A DNA stretch of 63,475 bases, counting the filler, from Reclinomonas americana ATCC 50394 (lineage: Eukaryota), in NCBI GenBank assembly GCA_048213135.1. It is 14 parts of 14 records of this genome, joined end to end, with 100 filler letters (N's around TTAATTAATTAA, not from the genome) between each part and the next. Parts side by side here need not be neighbours in the genome. Positions count along the whole stretch, not along the records: positions 45,420 to 52,661 come from AFZH01023427.1; positions 52,762 to 55,969 come from AFZH01023428.1; positions 56,070 to 61,213 come from AFZH01023429.1; positions 61,314 to 63,475 come from AFZH01023432.1; 10 more parts are not named here. The stretch is one strand, 5' to 3'. Both the position numbers and the translations under genes were made by a program. This document shows positions 50,872 to 63,229 of this stretch, one piece after another. The notes under the pieces were generated by a model that did no database searches, was not told where the DNA came from, and saw nothing but the letters and a program-made list of their open reading frames with translations. How positions within the stretch are numbered: position 1 is the stretch's first letter; each line of letters begins with the position of its first letter.

Positions 50872-52556
50872 TCATGCCTTGTAGGTCATCCAGTAGAGAA
50901 CCAGCAGCGCGACAAACATAAAGAGAATCAGGTAACACATGTGTTTCGACGACGCGGCCTTGGTGACCTCCTTCATGCGGTCCATGGTGCGCGACAGGAG
51001 ATTGGAGGTGTTGCCCATTTCATCTTGCTGTGTGGGGAGAAGGAGTGAGACAGAGAAAGGGGAGGAAGTGGAGATGTTAGAGGCACGCACCATGCCGTTC
51101 AGCAAGCTATTCTGTCGATCCACTTCTTCTGAGATGCCCTCGGCCACGGTGCGCAGCATTGCTGCGCCCTTGCCGAGGTCCACGATGTAGGTGTCGTTTT
51201 GGCGCTCCAGGAGGCCTGCGGGAAGGAGGGGAAGGATGTCAGGGAAGGGGAGGGCAAAGGGTGCGGAAGGGACGAACATTGGCGCAAGAGGGGGTGAGGA
51301 AGATGGAGTGCGCAGAACGTCGGCATTGGAGTGGAAATGCAAGACACAAGACGCACGATCATAGGGCAAGCGCGCAAGAAAGACGAGAGAGGGAGAAGAG
51401 ATCTCCAGCAAGGGAGAGAGCAGAGAATCATCTGCAGACTGAAACAACACGATGCGCGAACTGAAGAGAAGAGCTTGCGAAGAAGATACAACGCAAATCA
51501 AAGCGTACACAGGAAGCAAGCGCACAAGAGAATTCAGCGAGCCGATCCCAGGGAGGGGATGCGTGAACTGAAGGGGACAAGAACTGACGTAGGAGCAAAG
51601 GAAGCTTTCAGAGCAGTCGCAATACGAAAGGAGACGTAGCAAGAAACTCAAGATGAGAGGTGGAATGGTGGCATGCAAGCGACAATCTCACTCTGAGTCC
51701 TTGCCCTCTTGCTCTTCTTCCTCTCTATCTCTCTCCCTCAGAGAATCTGAGAGTGTCTTCGATCGTCTGTGTGCCTATCCCCGTTGCACCTCCTTGCGTT
51801 CAGCATCCTCCCACTCTGTCCTCTCTCTTCTTTCTTTTTCTCCCTCAGAGCACGCGAGTGTGTCTACGATCGTCTCTGTGCCTGTCCCCTTGCACCTCCT
51901 TACGTTCCTCATCCTCTCTTCTCTCTCTCTCTCTCTCTCTCTTCCTCTCTTCATTCTTTCTCTCACGCAGAGTAGACGAGTATGTCTACGATCGTCTCTG
52001 TGCCTGTCCCCTTGCACCTCCTTACGTTCCTCATCCTCTCTTCTCTCTCTTCTTCCTCTCTCTCTCTCAGAGTTCACGAGAATGTCTTCGATCGTCTCTG
52101 CGCCTGTCCCCGTTGCACCCCCTTCTGTTCCTCATCCTCTCTCTCACCCTCCCTCTCTCTCCCTCTCTTCTTTCTCTCTCGCAGAGTTCACGAGCACGTC
52201 TACGATCGTCTCTGCGCCTGTCCCCGTTGCACCTCCTTCTGTTCCTTATCCTCTCTCTCCTTCCCCCTCTCTCTCCCTCTCTTCTTTCTTTCTCAATCTC
52301 TGAAAACACGAGTGTGCCTACGATCGTCTCTGCGCCTCTCCCCATTCCCTCCCTCCTTCCCCTTTTCCCCCTCCTTCTCCCTCATCGCAACTCTCCGTCT
52401 CCATCTGCTGCTGCGATGCCGCCGCAGACAAGGCGCCTCCAGATGCCGACGCCGCCGCCTGTCGCCGCCCGCCCGCTCCCGGTGGACCCGAGAAGAGTCG
52501 GCTCTTGGGTGCCACTGCGCCGACGCCAGCAATGCTGGAGGAGAAACGGGAATCGC
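50872..52556 (-). CDS. BET1: BET1-like Qc-SNARE (5' part in gap)
   Basis: LLERQNDTYIVDL...ISEEVDRQNSLLNGM|QDEM..TSNLLSRTMDRM, followed by a C-terminal TM helix CYLILFMFVALLVLYW. Confidence 0.75.
51740..52345. repeat. Intronic tandem repeat, unit about 110-120 bp (ACGAG..TGTCTACGATCGTCTCTG.GCCTGTCCCC)
   Basis: About 6 copies separated by (CT)n. Confidence 0.85.
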
Positions 52557-52761
52557 TGCAACAAAGAGAGAGAGGGAAGGATGAGAAGGGGGCGAGGAGA
52601 GAGAGGGAGAGAGAGAGAGAGAGGAGGAGAGAGTAGGAGAGAGAGAGAGGAGAGAGAGAGANNNNNNNNNNNNNNNNNNNNNNNNNNNNNNNNNNNNNNN
52701 NNNNNTTAATTAATTAANNNNNNNNNNNNNNNNNNNNNNNNNNNNNNNNNNNNNNNNNNNN

Positions 52762-53237
52762 CTGTCGGCCTCGGCCAGGGCTCGCAGGGCACCGCCAGCA
52801 ACAACATTGGCACGCCGACTCAGGGCGCTCTGACCCAGACGGGCCAGGCTGCCGCTCCGGCCGCCCCGACTCAGGGCACCAACACCAACACCTCGATCAC
52901 TGTCAACTTTGCCACCCCGGTGTACACTGGTCTGGGCCTGATCACCAGCTACCAGATCCAGACGTTCCCGGAGAACGGCGGCAACGTGATCCTCGGCTAC
53001 AAGAACGCCACCGACTCGACGTCGTCGTCGCGCGCCAACTACACGTTCACTCAGGCGAACCTGCAGCCGGGCACGCCGTACGTGGTGAATGTGCGCGCCA
53101 TCAACTCGTTCGGCCAGTCGATCCCGTCGGCCAACCTGCGTGTGTCGACGACTGGTGGTGCCGGTTTCGCCGCGACCTCGTCGCTGTGGACTGTGGTGCT
53201 GATGGCCATTGCCGCGCTGCTGGCGTTCGCCTTCTAA
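52762..53237 (+). CDS. C-terminus of a fibronectin type III surface protein with a GPI-like/hydrophobic tail
   Basis: TSITVNF..P...ITSYQI...NLQPGTPYVVNVRAINSFGQS is an FN3 signature; the protein ends in LWTVVLMAIAALLAFAF. Confidence 0.85.
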
Positions 53238-53540
53238 AACGGAGAAGGTGGAGGAGCTGGTGAAGATGCTTTTTTGTTGGTTTTGTTTCCGTCGTGTGTG
53301 CTTAATCCGTTCTGGTGGGTTTTCTCTGTCTGCTTTCTCTCAACTGTTGTTTGGGGTCGTGTTGTTGAGGGAGTGAGAGAGGGAGAGAGTCTTGAACGAG
53401 GCGACAGCAAGATTGTGCGCTCCATTTTATTTTTTGTGGTCCGTGAGCGTGCGAGGTGACTTGTTGTTGTTATGTGTAGTGATGGAAATGAATCGATTGG
53501 AGCATGTCGGTGATCTATCAAGTATGTACAAGCAACACGT

Positions 53541-53665
53541 GCATTAGAGAGAGGCAACCTTTGTAGCAAGATGTACAGAGAGAGGTGCAAAACGAGCACC
53601 GAGCATTAGAGAGAGGCAACCTTTGTAGCAAGATGTACAGAGAGAGGTGTAAAACGAATACCGAG
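53541..53665. repeat. 62-bp direct duplication
   Basis: GCATTAGAGAGAGGCAACCTTTGTAGCAAGATGTACAGAGAGAGGTG occurs at 53541 and 53603. Confidence 0.9.
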
Positions 53666-53687
53666 TAGGCCACTTAACAATATCAAC

Positions 53688-55690
53688 TTACTGACCATCA
53701 CCACTGGCGCCACCAAAGCCCGCCGAATGCGGCTGCGGCACATCCAAGTGCTCCAGATGTGCAATGAGCTGCATTAGCGACCGCGGCAAGTCCACGAGCG
53801 TCCCACGCAGGCACATCTCATCATCATCGTCGTCGTCGTCGTCGCCACCACGTTTACCGCTGTACGCACCAATGCCACCGGTGTCCACCGGCGTATTCGG
53901 GGGTGCGCGTGGGTGTGGCATGGGCCGATGACGCGCGCCGTAAGAGTACAGGAAACTGATTGGCGCATCGGGTCGGCTGCGGCCGGCGCCTTGACGGGCA
54001 CTGCCGTCCTGTTGTTGGTGCAGATGATGATGGTGACGACGGTGGCCGCTGCGTGCACAACGATGCGGCAGTGTTGCACGCTTGCCACTTGTGCGACCGC
54101 CAATCGGCGTCGTCACGATCAGCGCCGCGCTCCGCATCTCGTCGTCGTCGTCGTCGTCTTCGTCGTCGTCGCCCTTCTCCTCGCCGACTCTCTCGCGGTC
54201 CAACTCCTTTGCCGCTTCCACGGCAGTGTGCGGCACACACATCTCTATTGTGGCGCAGTTTTCGGCGGTGGCCACCGTCATGGGCACCTTGATGAGTACC
54301 GGCACGCGCAGTGCACGCCCAAGCTCCGACAAGTCGTCCGAGCACACGGAAGAGGCCGATTGTGACGCCGTTGACATGGACGACAGTGGCGAAAGTCGGG
54401 AGAGGAACGATGTTGGCGACGAGTCACCACCCGTCGCCTTTTCATCGTCGTCGTCTGCGGGTGCGCCGAGTTGTCAGAAGTTTGCAAATGGAAATATTAC
54501 TGCTGAGGTAAAGTAACAACTGACCGACAGAGTGCTGGCTGTGGCTGCAACCGAGCGGACAGTGGTGGCGCGAAGAGCGCAGTAACAGCTGCTGCTGCTG
54601 CTGCTGCTGCTGATGGTGATGGTGACGGTGGTGGTGATGGTGAAACTGCCGAGGCTCATCGTCGTCGTCACCCAACTGTTGCAACTGCTGCTGTTGCTCA
54701 TGCAGCTCACCCAATGCGGCAGCCACCGTGGCCGGTCCCGCCGGCAGTGCTTCGAGCTCCATCCCCGCTTCGGAGGAAGCGACAGTCGGGGGCGACAGCG
54801 ACCGCATACGGAGATGCGGCGACGGAACACGCAGCTCGCCGCCGTTCATGTGGCCGGCCGCAACCCCCAGTGGCGCAGTCCCGCCTCCATTATCGGCACC
54901 GCTCATTTCGTGCTGCGACGCTGGCGGCAGCAAGGCATGAGTGCCCGCCGCACTGGCGCCCGCTTCATGGACGAACAAGTCCGCTGAGCACAACAAAAGC
55001 CGAAACAGGTGAGGAGGACAAGTCGGTCACAAACCCCCTCGCCGACAACGCAACTCGACATATCACCAGTGCTCGCACTGTGCATCCACGGGCGTGTGGC
55101 TGTCTCCTTGACTGCACCACCGCCGTTGTCATTGTCAACTGCGCTGCCTTTTCGTCCGACAACTGCACCTCCTCCTCTGCCTCGTCCTCCATCGCCGTGG
55201 TCCTTGTTGTTGCTGTGAACGCTGCCCTCCGACGGCTCCACAACAATGTGAAAGTGCGCCTTCTTCGGCCGGCGCCGGGCCATTATGGAGCGATGCAGTG
55301 ACGACATCAGTGGGGGGCGGAAAAGAGAATCTTGTTGCTGCGCACGACACCAGCACAATCAGCGACCGCTACTCACTGACAAGCAACCCGCCCAAGGTGG
55401 ACAGAGACACAGAGACAGACAAGCGAAAAGAAAGGCAGCGAGGAGGGGTGGGGGGAACACACCTGCTCGTCACCAACAAGCACAATCAGTTAGTAGTAGT
55501 AGTGATCTTGTCTCGACATCATTCGCAGGCAAATGAACCACTCGTTTTTTACATAAATGTATGATGATTTTAGGAAGGAGGTTTGCTGGCGACTCTGGCC
55601 TCGGCCTCGCGCACGACTCGCACATAGGCGTCCTCGATGAGGCGCAGTGAGCGGCGGGAGCGGAGGACAGTGGCACCGAGGAGACCTGAA
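53688..55690 (-). CDS. Hypothetical low-complexity multi-exon protein
   Basis: Long coding-like ORFs (53688-54377, 54442-54996, 54903-55358) with polyD/H/Q tracts. No family recognised. Confidence 0.5.
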
Positions 55691-55790
55691 GAGAGAGAGA
55701 GAAGGGAAGAGAGAAGGTGAGTGAGTGAGAGAGAGAGAGAGGAAGTGTGAGCGACTGTGTCTGTGTTGTCTCTGTCTCTCTGTCTGTTCT

Positions 55791-55845
<55 letters not shown>

Positions 55846-56085
55846 TTTGTATGTGAGTTCTCCACCTCTGTGTGTTCTAAGTGTGCACCTTTCTCTCTCT
55901 CTCTGTATGTGTGTGTGAATGAGTAAGTTGGTGCTTGCGCTCTCCGCCTCTCAGTGTGCACCTCTCTCTNNNNNNNNNNNNNNNNNNNNNNNNNNNNNNN
56001 NNNNNNNNNNNNNTTAATTAATTAANNNNNNNNNNNNNNNNNNNNNNNNNNNNNNNNNNNNNNNNNNNNACTCGCTCTCTCGGTC

Positions 56086-56143
<58 letters not shown>

Positions 56144-56379
56144 GTCACACTGCCTTGTCTCAGTCTTCCTCTTATCTCTCTCAGTCACACAGCCTCGTCT
56201 CAGTCTTCCTCTTGTCTCTCACTCACACACTGCGTTGCCTCTCACTCACTCTCTCTCTCTCTCTCTCTCTCTCTCAGTCACGCTCATCACACTCGACGAT
56301 TGTGGCCTCGCGCACTGTGCAAGCTGCGGCTGCGGCACTGGTCGAGCTGGACGGCGACTCACAGCAGCAACAACAACAG

Positions 56380-58800
56380 ATGCAGATGCACGAGCAAGGG
56401 GATGAACACGTGGAGCGTCGTCGCAGGCATGATGTGTTTGGCGCGGATCCAGAGCTGGACTCGGACGGTGTGTGTTGTCTCCCTTCTCTCGCTTGTCTGC
56501 TTGCTTCTCTGTCTTCCGTCCTTGTTTCCTTTGCTGAGCTGCCTTCTCTTGCTGTCTCCGTCTCCCTCTCTCCTCCTTCTTTCGTGTCTGCTGCCTCGTG
56601 TCCATCTTCTGTCTTTGTTCTTCCTTATCTGGTGTATGCTTCTCAGTTTCTCACTCACCAGGCTTCCATGTTTCCTCCGTCCTCTACGTTCCACCCTCTC
56701 CCCTCTTCTCTTCGCTCTCTTGCTCATTTCTTCGCCTCTCCCCTCCACCATTCCTTGGCTTATCTCTCTCTCTCTTCCACAGGCGAGGCCGCGAGTGACG
56801 TTCCACTCGCCGATCGCGCCGTATCGCCACCCGTCGTGCTGCCGAGGAGGCACGGCTCGGTGGTGATCATGGGGCGACCGGTGACGCACACGGTGCCGGC
56901 GATGGAGGTGCGCGAGGTGAGTCCATGCGACAAGTGCACGCCGCGCGCCACAAACGAGCCTCACTGTGTCCGTGCTGCTGCAGCATGCTTCGATTGGCAG
57001 CTCGCTCAGCGACCCGTCGTCCATCGATGCCTCGGTGCTGACGTCGGCCAACTCGGCCACACGGCCGGCGATTGAGGAGGGTGGTGTGGATCAGGACGAT
57101 GATGAGGAACCGCTGGAGCCCATGTCGGGCGTGGTGGACATGACGAATGCGGGCGGCAAGTTTGCCGAGCGGGAACTGACGGCGGTGAGCACGCGCCACG
57201 TTTTTCACATGATGATGATGAGCATCTCACCTATTTTTCCTGACACAGACACGAAATGGGCACGGATCGGGTCTGCGGACAACCACCACAACCACGATTG
57301 CTTCCATGCTCACCGGCACATCGTCGGTGGCCACTCGCTTGTACTCGTTGCGTTGCTCACACGCAGGTTGTCTCTCTCTTTACCCGCTCCAGTCACCCTT
57401 GACCCCTCGCACAGCGGTGTAACCTACGACGGAGAGGTGTTGGATATTAGTGCGCTGGGTGTTCGTGAATGGCCGTGTCCACCCGACCAAGTCCGCTGTG
57501 CAAGAGTCTCCGATAGGTGTGCCGGCGGACTCTCTGTGCCTTTCTTCTCGTCTCTCAGTCACTCACTTTTGTGCGCGCCACACTCAGCTCGGGAATGTCG
57601 TTTGCGGACGACGTACCTCACGACCTCTCTGTTCTGCACGCACTGGGCACACGCATTCCTCTGTGTGTGGTGAAGAGGAGGAGACCAATCGAGGGCGGCA
57701 AGAAGGAGGTGTGTCACCTCCTTCCCTCACTCCACCGTCCCAAACACTCAATATTCTTCTCTCTCTCCTGCCAGCGCCCCGTGTTGGAGCTCATGCTGCC
57801 GTATGCGTGGAACGGACAACCGGAAGATGTGGTGTGCTGTCGAATGAAGCGGAACGCGCGTGTGGTGCGCTTCTCCACCAACCCGGAGAAGCTGGAGAAG
57901 CGTCGCAACCCGGCCTACAAGGGCAAGCTGTCGTTTTCGCCACTTGCCGTCGCGGCCGAGTCTGGAGTGGAGACGCCACCGCCGCGCCTGTCGGTTGAGG
58001 GTGCCACAGCTTCGAGCCGCCTTGGTGGAGGCGCGAGCGGCACTCGCCATCTCTCCTCGGACTACCTGCTGGATCTGTCGGGTCTCGGCAGGAAACGCAA
58101 CGCCAGCCTGCCCGACGATGGTCTCATGGCACGAGCGACACTCGTGTCGAGTGGCAGTGTGGGTGTGGCTGGTACGAGTGACACCCTGGCCGTACCGGGC
58201 GCCGGCTCAACTCCCAGTGGCGGCGCGACGCCCCGTGAGAGCAGTCCACGGCCGGGCTCGGCGGATCCATTCGGTTGCTTCACGCTGCACGACGCGCAAG
58301 ATCACGTGCTGCTGACGGGTGTGATTGATCGACAAAAAGGCACCATGACGGTGGAGTTTACGCACCCCGTTCTCACGTGCAACCGATTAGAGCATGGTGA
58401 GTGTGTCTTTTCTCGCGCAACGTGAGTTGTGATCTCATTTTTCCCACTCGCTACAGGCGCTGGTGGACGGTGCCTGACGGGCGAGTTGGGCGCGCATGTG
58501 GGACCACTGCTGAATCTGTCGGTGCGAGTCAGCAAGCGATCAGTGCTGCGCGTGTTCCGTGGTGGTGAGATCATTATCCTCCCTTGTGCCCTCCTTTCCC
58601 TCCACGTGCTCATCATCCCCCCAGCCGACTGGTCCTCGGCCGACACACTGCACGCGTCGTCACGTTCCGCGTCGGCGGCGAGTACCGAAGACCCGTCGAG
58701 CAGCGTGCTCTTGCAACTGGATTACCCTCTGTCTGTGTTTACTGCGTTTGCACTGTGGGCGGCCTTGGAGGCACCACGGTTACAGGCGGCAGACTCATGA
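56380..58800 (+). CDS. Divergent tubby-like (TULP) protein, multi-exon
   Basis: VVCCRMKR...FSTNPEKLEKRRNPAYKGKL resembles tubby IS.DP.DLSR....YIGKL. C-terminal LDYPLSVFTAFALWAALEAPRL resembles tubby DY.YPL.ALQAFAI.LSSF..KL. Confidence 0.5.
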
Positions 58801-58829
58801 TATGTATATACTGCATTGCATTTCATTAC

Positions 58830-60600
58830 TTAGCGAATCATGTTGAGTCCGCGGCGAGAGAGCGTGCCAAAATGCTCAATCAGCTCGTGTTCGCGACGCT
58901 CAAGCGCCTCCTGGTCGCCAACCGCGTCCATCACAAACAACATTCTGTATGCCAATAAGTGAGGAAGAGGAAATAAGAATGAGAAGAATCGCAGAGAGAC
59001 GCAACGAGGAGCGTGTGCCGAGCGCATGACTGCCGAGGGAGGCCAGCACTGCATCGCACAGGCTCGGCAGGCCCGAGCTCCAGCTGTGGTTGCGTGCATT
59101 TCTCAGCGCCCCTCGCGCGTCGCTGAGATGCATGTTCCAGCGCTCGCACGCCGAGTTGCTCGCCAGTCCCACGTACCCCTGATCAGGCTCTGCCTCGTCG
59201 TGCACATCCCACACCACCCAATAGTACACCGCAAACGGGTCGGTCACCGCCGGCATGTCGCTCCACGAGACCGCCGCGTCCACCCGTCCGCGCAAGAAGC
59301 GCACAGCCGCACGAAAGTGCGACGACCGCGTCCACCACAACTCGATCTCCTCGGCCGTCAGCTCGCCCGTCACCTGCCCCCGTCGCGCCAAACTGTGATA
59401 GTGCACGCCCACGGGCGCACTATCATCGCCGCCCACCCCAAACTCAATCGCATGCACCACGCGGAACTCGCGCAGGTCCGGATCAAACACCGGCTCGGCT
59501 CCGTCGACCAGTCGCTCTAGCAGCAACACGCGCTCGCGTCGACGCTCCGCAGCCTGCGCATAGCTCGCCTTGGCGTCCAGTCCCGGTGTCGGAAGGGCGA
59601 GCTCCACCTCGGAAGAAGGCGGTGCAGCAGCAGCCGACGTGGCCAGTGTATGAAACCCGCGACCGCGCCCAGGACCGCGCACCGTGCCTAGCGTCGGTGG
59701 AGGAGGAGGCGCATGCAAGCAGCTGCGCCACGTATGCCCCGGCTGCTTGCACGTTGTGCACAGACGCGGACTTCGTGATCGTTGTCGCGTCTCATCGTCC
59801 GCCTCGCCATCGCGCGGCGGCACACGCGGGGAGGGCGGTCCGAGTCGCCCACTGCGGTCCTCCACAGCCGGGCGCGCAGGGCATGTGCGACTGTTGTGCC
59901 CTGGAAGCTTGCATGTTCGACAAAGGCGCGGACTTGGCGGGCCTCCGCGTCTGCAGACTTCCTGCTCGCCCTCACTGCTGCTGCTGCTCTCGGCCTCCAC
60001 TGGTCGCGCAGGGCATGTGCGACTGTTGTGCCCAGGCTGCTTGCACGTTCTGCACAGTCGCGGACTGGGCGGACCTCCTCGCCTGCTGCCTTCCTGCTCG
60101 CCTTCACTGCTGCTGCTCTCGGCCTCCACTTGCACAGTCCGCGCAGGGCATGTCCGACTGTTGTGTCCAGGCTGCTTGCATGTTCGACAAAGGCGCGGAC
60201 TTGGCGGACCTCCTCGTCTGCCTTCTTGCTCGCCTTCACTGTTGCTGCTGCTCTCGGCCTCCACTGGTCGCGCAGGGCATGTCCGACAGTTGTGTCCAGG
60301 CTGCTTGCAGGTTCTGCAAAGGCGTGGACTGGGCGGACCTGCACGTCGTCTGCCTTCCTGCTCGCCCTCACTGCTGCTGTTGGCCTCCACTGGGCGAGCT
60401 GCACATGTGCGACTGTTGTGCCCAGGCTGCTTGCATGTTCTGCACAGTCGCGGACTATGCCTTCTCCTGTCTTCCTCACTGCTGCTCTCTGCACTACTGC
60501 TGCTGCTACTGTCCGCCTCCTCAACTCGACCGGCACATGTTCGCCGATTGTGCCCCGGTTGCCCACACAAACGACACACGCGGACTCTCACAGTCGCACC
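58830..60600 (-). CDS. 7x CCHC zinc-knuckle plus GIY-YIG endonuclease (intron 59005-58945; upstream exon(s) uncertain)
   Basis: Seven CxxCxxxGHxxxxC motifs; AVYY...YVGLAS...ERWNMH; after a 61-nt phase-2 intron, LERREHELIEHFGTLSRRGLN supplies the conserved E and N. Confidence 0.82.
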
Positions 60601-61330
60601 TGTGTGGCACACACACAGAGAGAGAGAAGAGAGAGTGAGTGAAAGAGAGGAGAGTGAAAAGTGAGTGAGAGAGAGCGCGCGCAGTTGTGGTCACGTTAAC
60701 GAGCACACAAAGAGTGCAGTGGATACGCAAGTGCAACAACAGGTGCAAGAGAGACAGAAACAAGTTGATCTTCTCTCGCGCAACTCATTGAAATATCAGT
60801 CGAAATTTCCACGCAAGGAGTCGGTATCTCACGCGCCTCTTGCGAGTGATTGTTGCACGTCTCACAAAGAGAGGCACTCACACACACGCGCGCGCCACAC
60901 ACACAGAGAGTGAGAGAGTCGCAGGCGCGTATTGACCCGAGCGCAAAGTGTGTGTTTTTGCTCGGCCATTTTCCACTTTTTTGTGCACTCGCTCTCCCTG
61001 CGTGAGACAGAGAGTGTTGTGTGAGAGAGTGTGTCTTGTGTGAGAGAATGAGCTTGGAGGATGATGATGGGTGGGAGTGCATGACGACTTCGAGCCTGTT
61101 TGCTGTTCCATTGCCTGTACGAGGTGACGCCATTCCGCAAGTGTGTCTCTCTCTGTCTCTGTGTGTGTGTCTCTCTCACTCTCTTCTTTTTCTTCTCTCT
61201 CTCTCTCTCTATTNNNNNNNNNNNNNNNNNNNNNNNNNNNNNNNNNNNNNNNNNNNNTTAATTAATTAANNNNNNNNNNNNNNNNNNNNNNNNNNNNNNN
61301 NNNNNNNNNNNNNTCGCTCTGCCTGTATCG

Positions 61331-61370
<40 letters not shown>

Positions 61371-61587
61371 GTCTGCCTGTCTTGCTCCCTCCCGCGCTTT
61401 CTACCTTTGCCTGTCTTCATTCACTTCATCGCCACATCTCTCTCTCTCTCTTCCATGATCTCCTCCCTTCTCTGCTCCTCCTCTTCTCCATCTCCTTCTT
61501 TGGTGTTTGTGTGTTGTTATTGCTCTTCTCCACCGAAACCCAAGTGTACCCAATTCGTTCGCTTGCTCACTGATCGCGGTGCGCAGG

Positions 61588-62276
61588 TGGACGACCACGA
61601 TCGTCCGCACGGCAAGGGCACTCATCGGTGGCCCTCCGGCGCTTGTTATGATGGTCAGCTCCTCTTCCCCTTCACTCTGTTGTCCTTGGCCACTGGCTCA
61701 CCTGTGGACACAGGCGACTACATGCACGGACAGAGACACGGTCGCGGCAGATATCGGTACGCCGACGGCGGCGTGTACGAGGGCTCGTTCGAGAACGACC
61801 TGCAGCACGGCATTGGCACGTTTGTGGACGCCGCGGAGAGCGCCAAGTACTCGGGCGAGTGGAAGCAGGGGTCGCGCGATGGATTTGGGCGACTGGAGGT
61901 GACGAGTGGTGGTGGTGGTGGTGGTGGTGGCAGTGGTGTGGCGGCGCCCGGTGTCTTCGAGGGCGACTTTGTGCAGAACGAGCGACACGGCAACGGCACG
62001 TTTCGTTTCGCCGACGGTCGCGTGTACACGGGTCAGTGGCAGCACAACATGCGCCACGGTGACGGCATGTTTCTGTGGCCGGACGGGCGGGCGTATGCGG
62101 GCGAGTATCGGCACGGGAAGAGGCACGGGCAGGGGAGATTTTCGTGGCCCGACGGCAGCTCGTACACCGGTGCCTTTGCCGATGATCAGCGCCACGGGCA
62201 TGGTGTGTATGTGTGGGGCGGGGATCGGCAGAGGTGGGAGGGGGAGTTTGTGCGGGATAAAATGATGAAGCAGTGA
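61588..62276 (+). CDS. MORN-repeat protein (5' part in gap)
   Basis: About 8 Y.G.W....RHG.G....DG repeats. Confidence 0.92.
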
Positions 62277-62391
62277 TTGGGGGGCAAAGGGGGAGGCGAG
62301 GGTGTATAGTTCTTTATCGAAGAGAGAGAGAGAGAGAGAAAGGTGAACGACAGCGCGAGGAGCTGACAATCGGTGAATCAGGCAGTACAGA

Positions 62392-63229
62392 TTACTTGCC
62401 CCAAATCTCTCCCGGAATCCGTTCGTCGGCACTGACAACAAATTTGGTGACGCGCATGAACCGATAGCCTTTAGCGTGCAACACGTCGTCGACATCTCCC
62501 ATGTTTTTTCGTGTGACTTGATGACCGAACGAACCAGTGGCATCGGCAGCCTCTTTAAACAGTTCCTGCAAGATTTGGCGAGGGCCCCACACGACGACTC
62601 CTCCCCAGCCATCATGCCGGCAAACCAAGAGGCTTGACACCGGTGCCGGCAGCGCGTTTCTTGCAGCTCGTGCCTCCTCCTGCATCTACTTTACATTCGA
62701 GTAAGACACCGCAACTGCGGGGCAGCACACAGGAACGCAAAATCGAACCTCTTGATTCATTTGCGCCACTCGCTACAACAGGAGCGAGTGTTAGAGCAGC
62801 AACTCCACTTACTGTGCTGCATGCTGAAGCTTGGCGATAGTGCAACATGCAAACCTCTACGCTCTCGGTCGCAATACGTGTCACGCGATCCTGCATGGAC
62901 ACAGGTGAGTTCAGAAATTATCAGCGATTGCACAAACAGGGAAAATTCGCGGACGGCGTCTGCGCTCACCAGAACTTGCTGCACACGCTCGTCACTGCGT
63001 ACCTGCAACTGGCGCATCTCCTCGGCGTGGGCCAGTTGCTGTTCGCGCTGTCGCAAATCAGCCATCTGAGCTTGCATGGCCAGTTGATCGCGGAGAGCGA
63101 TAATCTGTGTGGCAAGAGGGCATGTTGTTAGAGCCACAGTGGGAGGAAGCGCGGGCTATAGCTGCAGAGGAAACGCTAGCGAGAACCAACCTGTCGTTCC
63201 AATTCTTGCAAACGGAGAGCGTCAGCCAT
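62392..63229 (-). CDS. Small orphan multi-exon protein (coiled-coil N-terminus, unknown C-terminal domain)
   Basis: MADALRLQELERQ|IIALRDQLAMQAQMADLRQREQQ...|DRVTRIATESVE|MQEEARAARNALP...GEIWGK, joined by GT-AG introns. Confidence 0.4.

Noticed and set aside
58830..61213. The zinc-knuckle/GIY-YIG gene as an intact Penelope or LTR retroelement
   Set aside because: No reverse transcriptase, protease or integrase ORF, terminal repeats or target-site duplication is visible in the contig.
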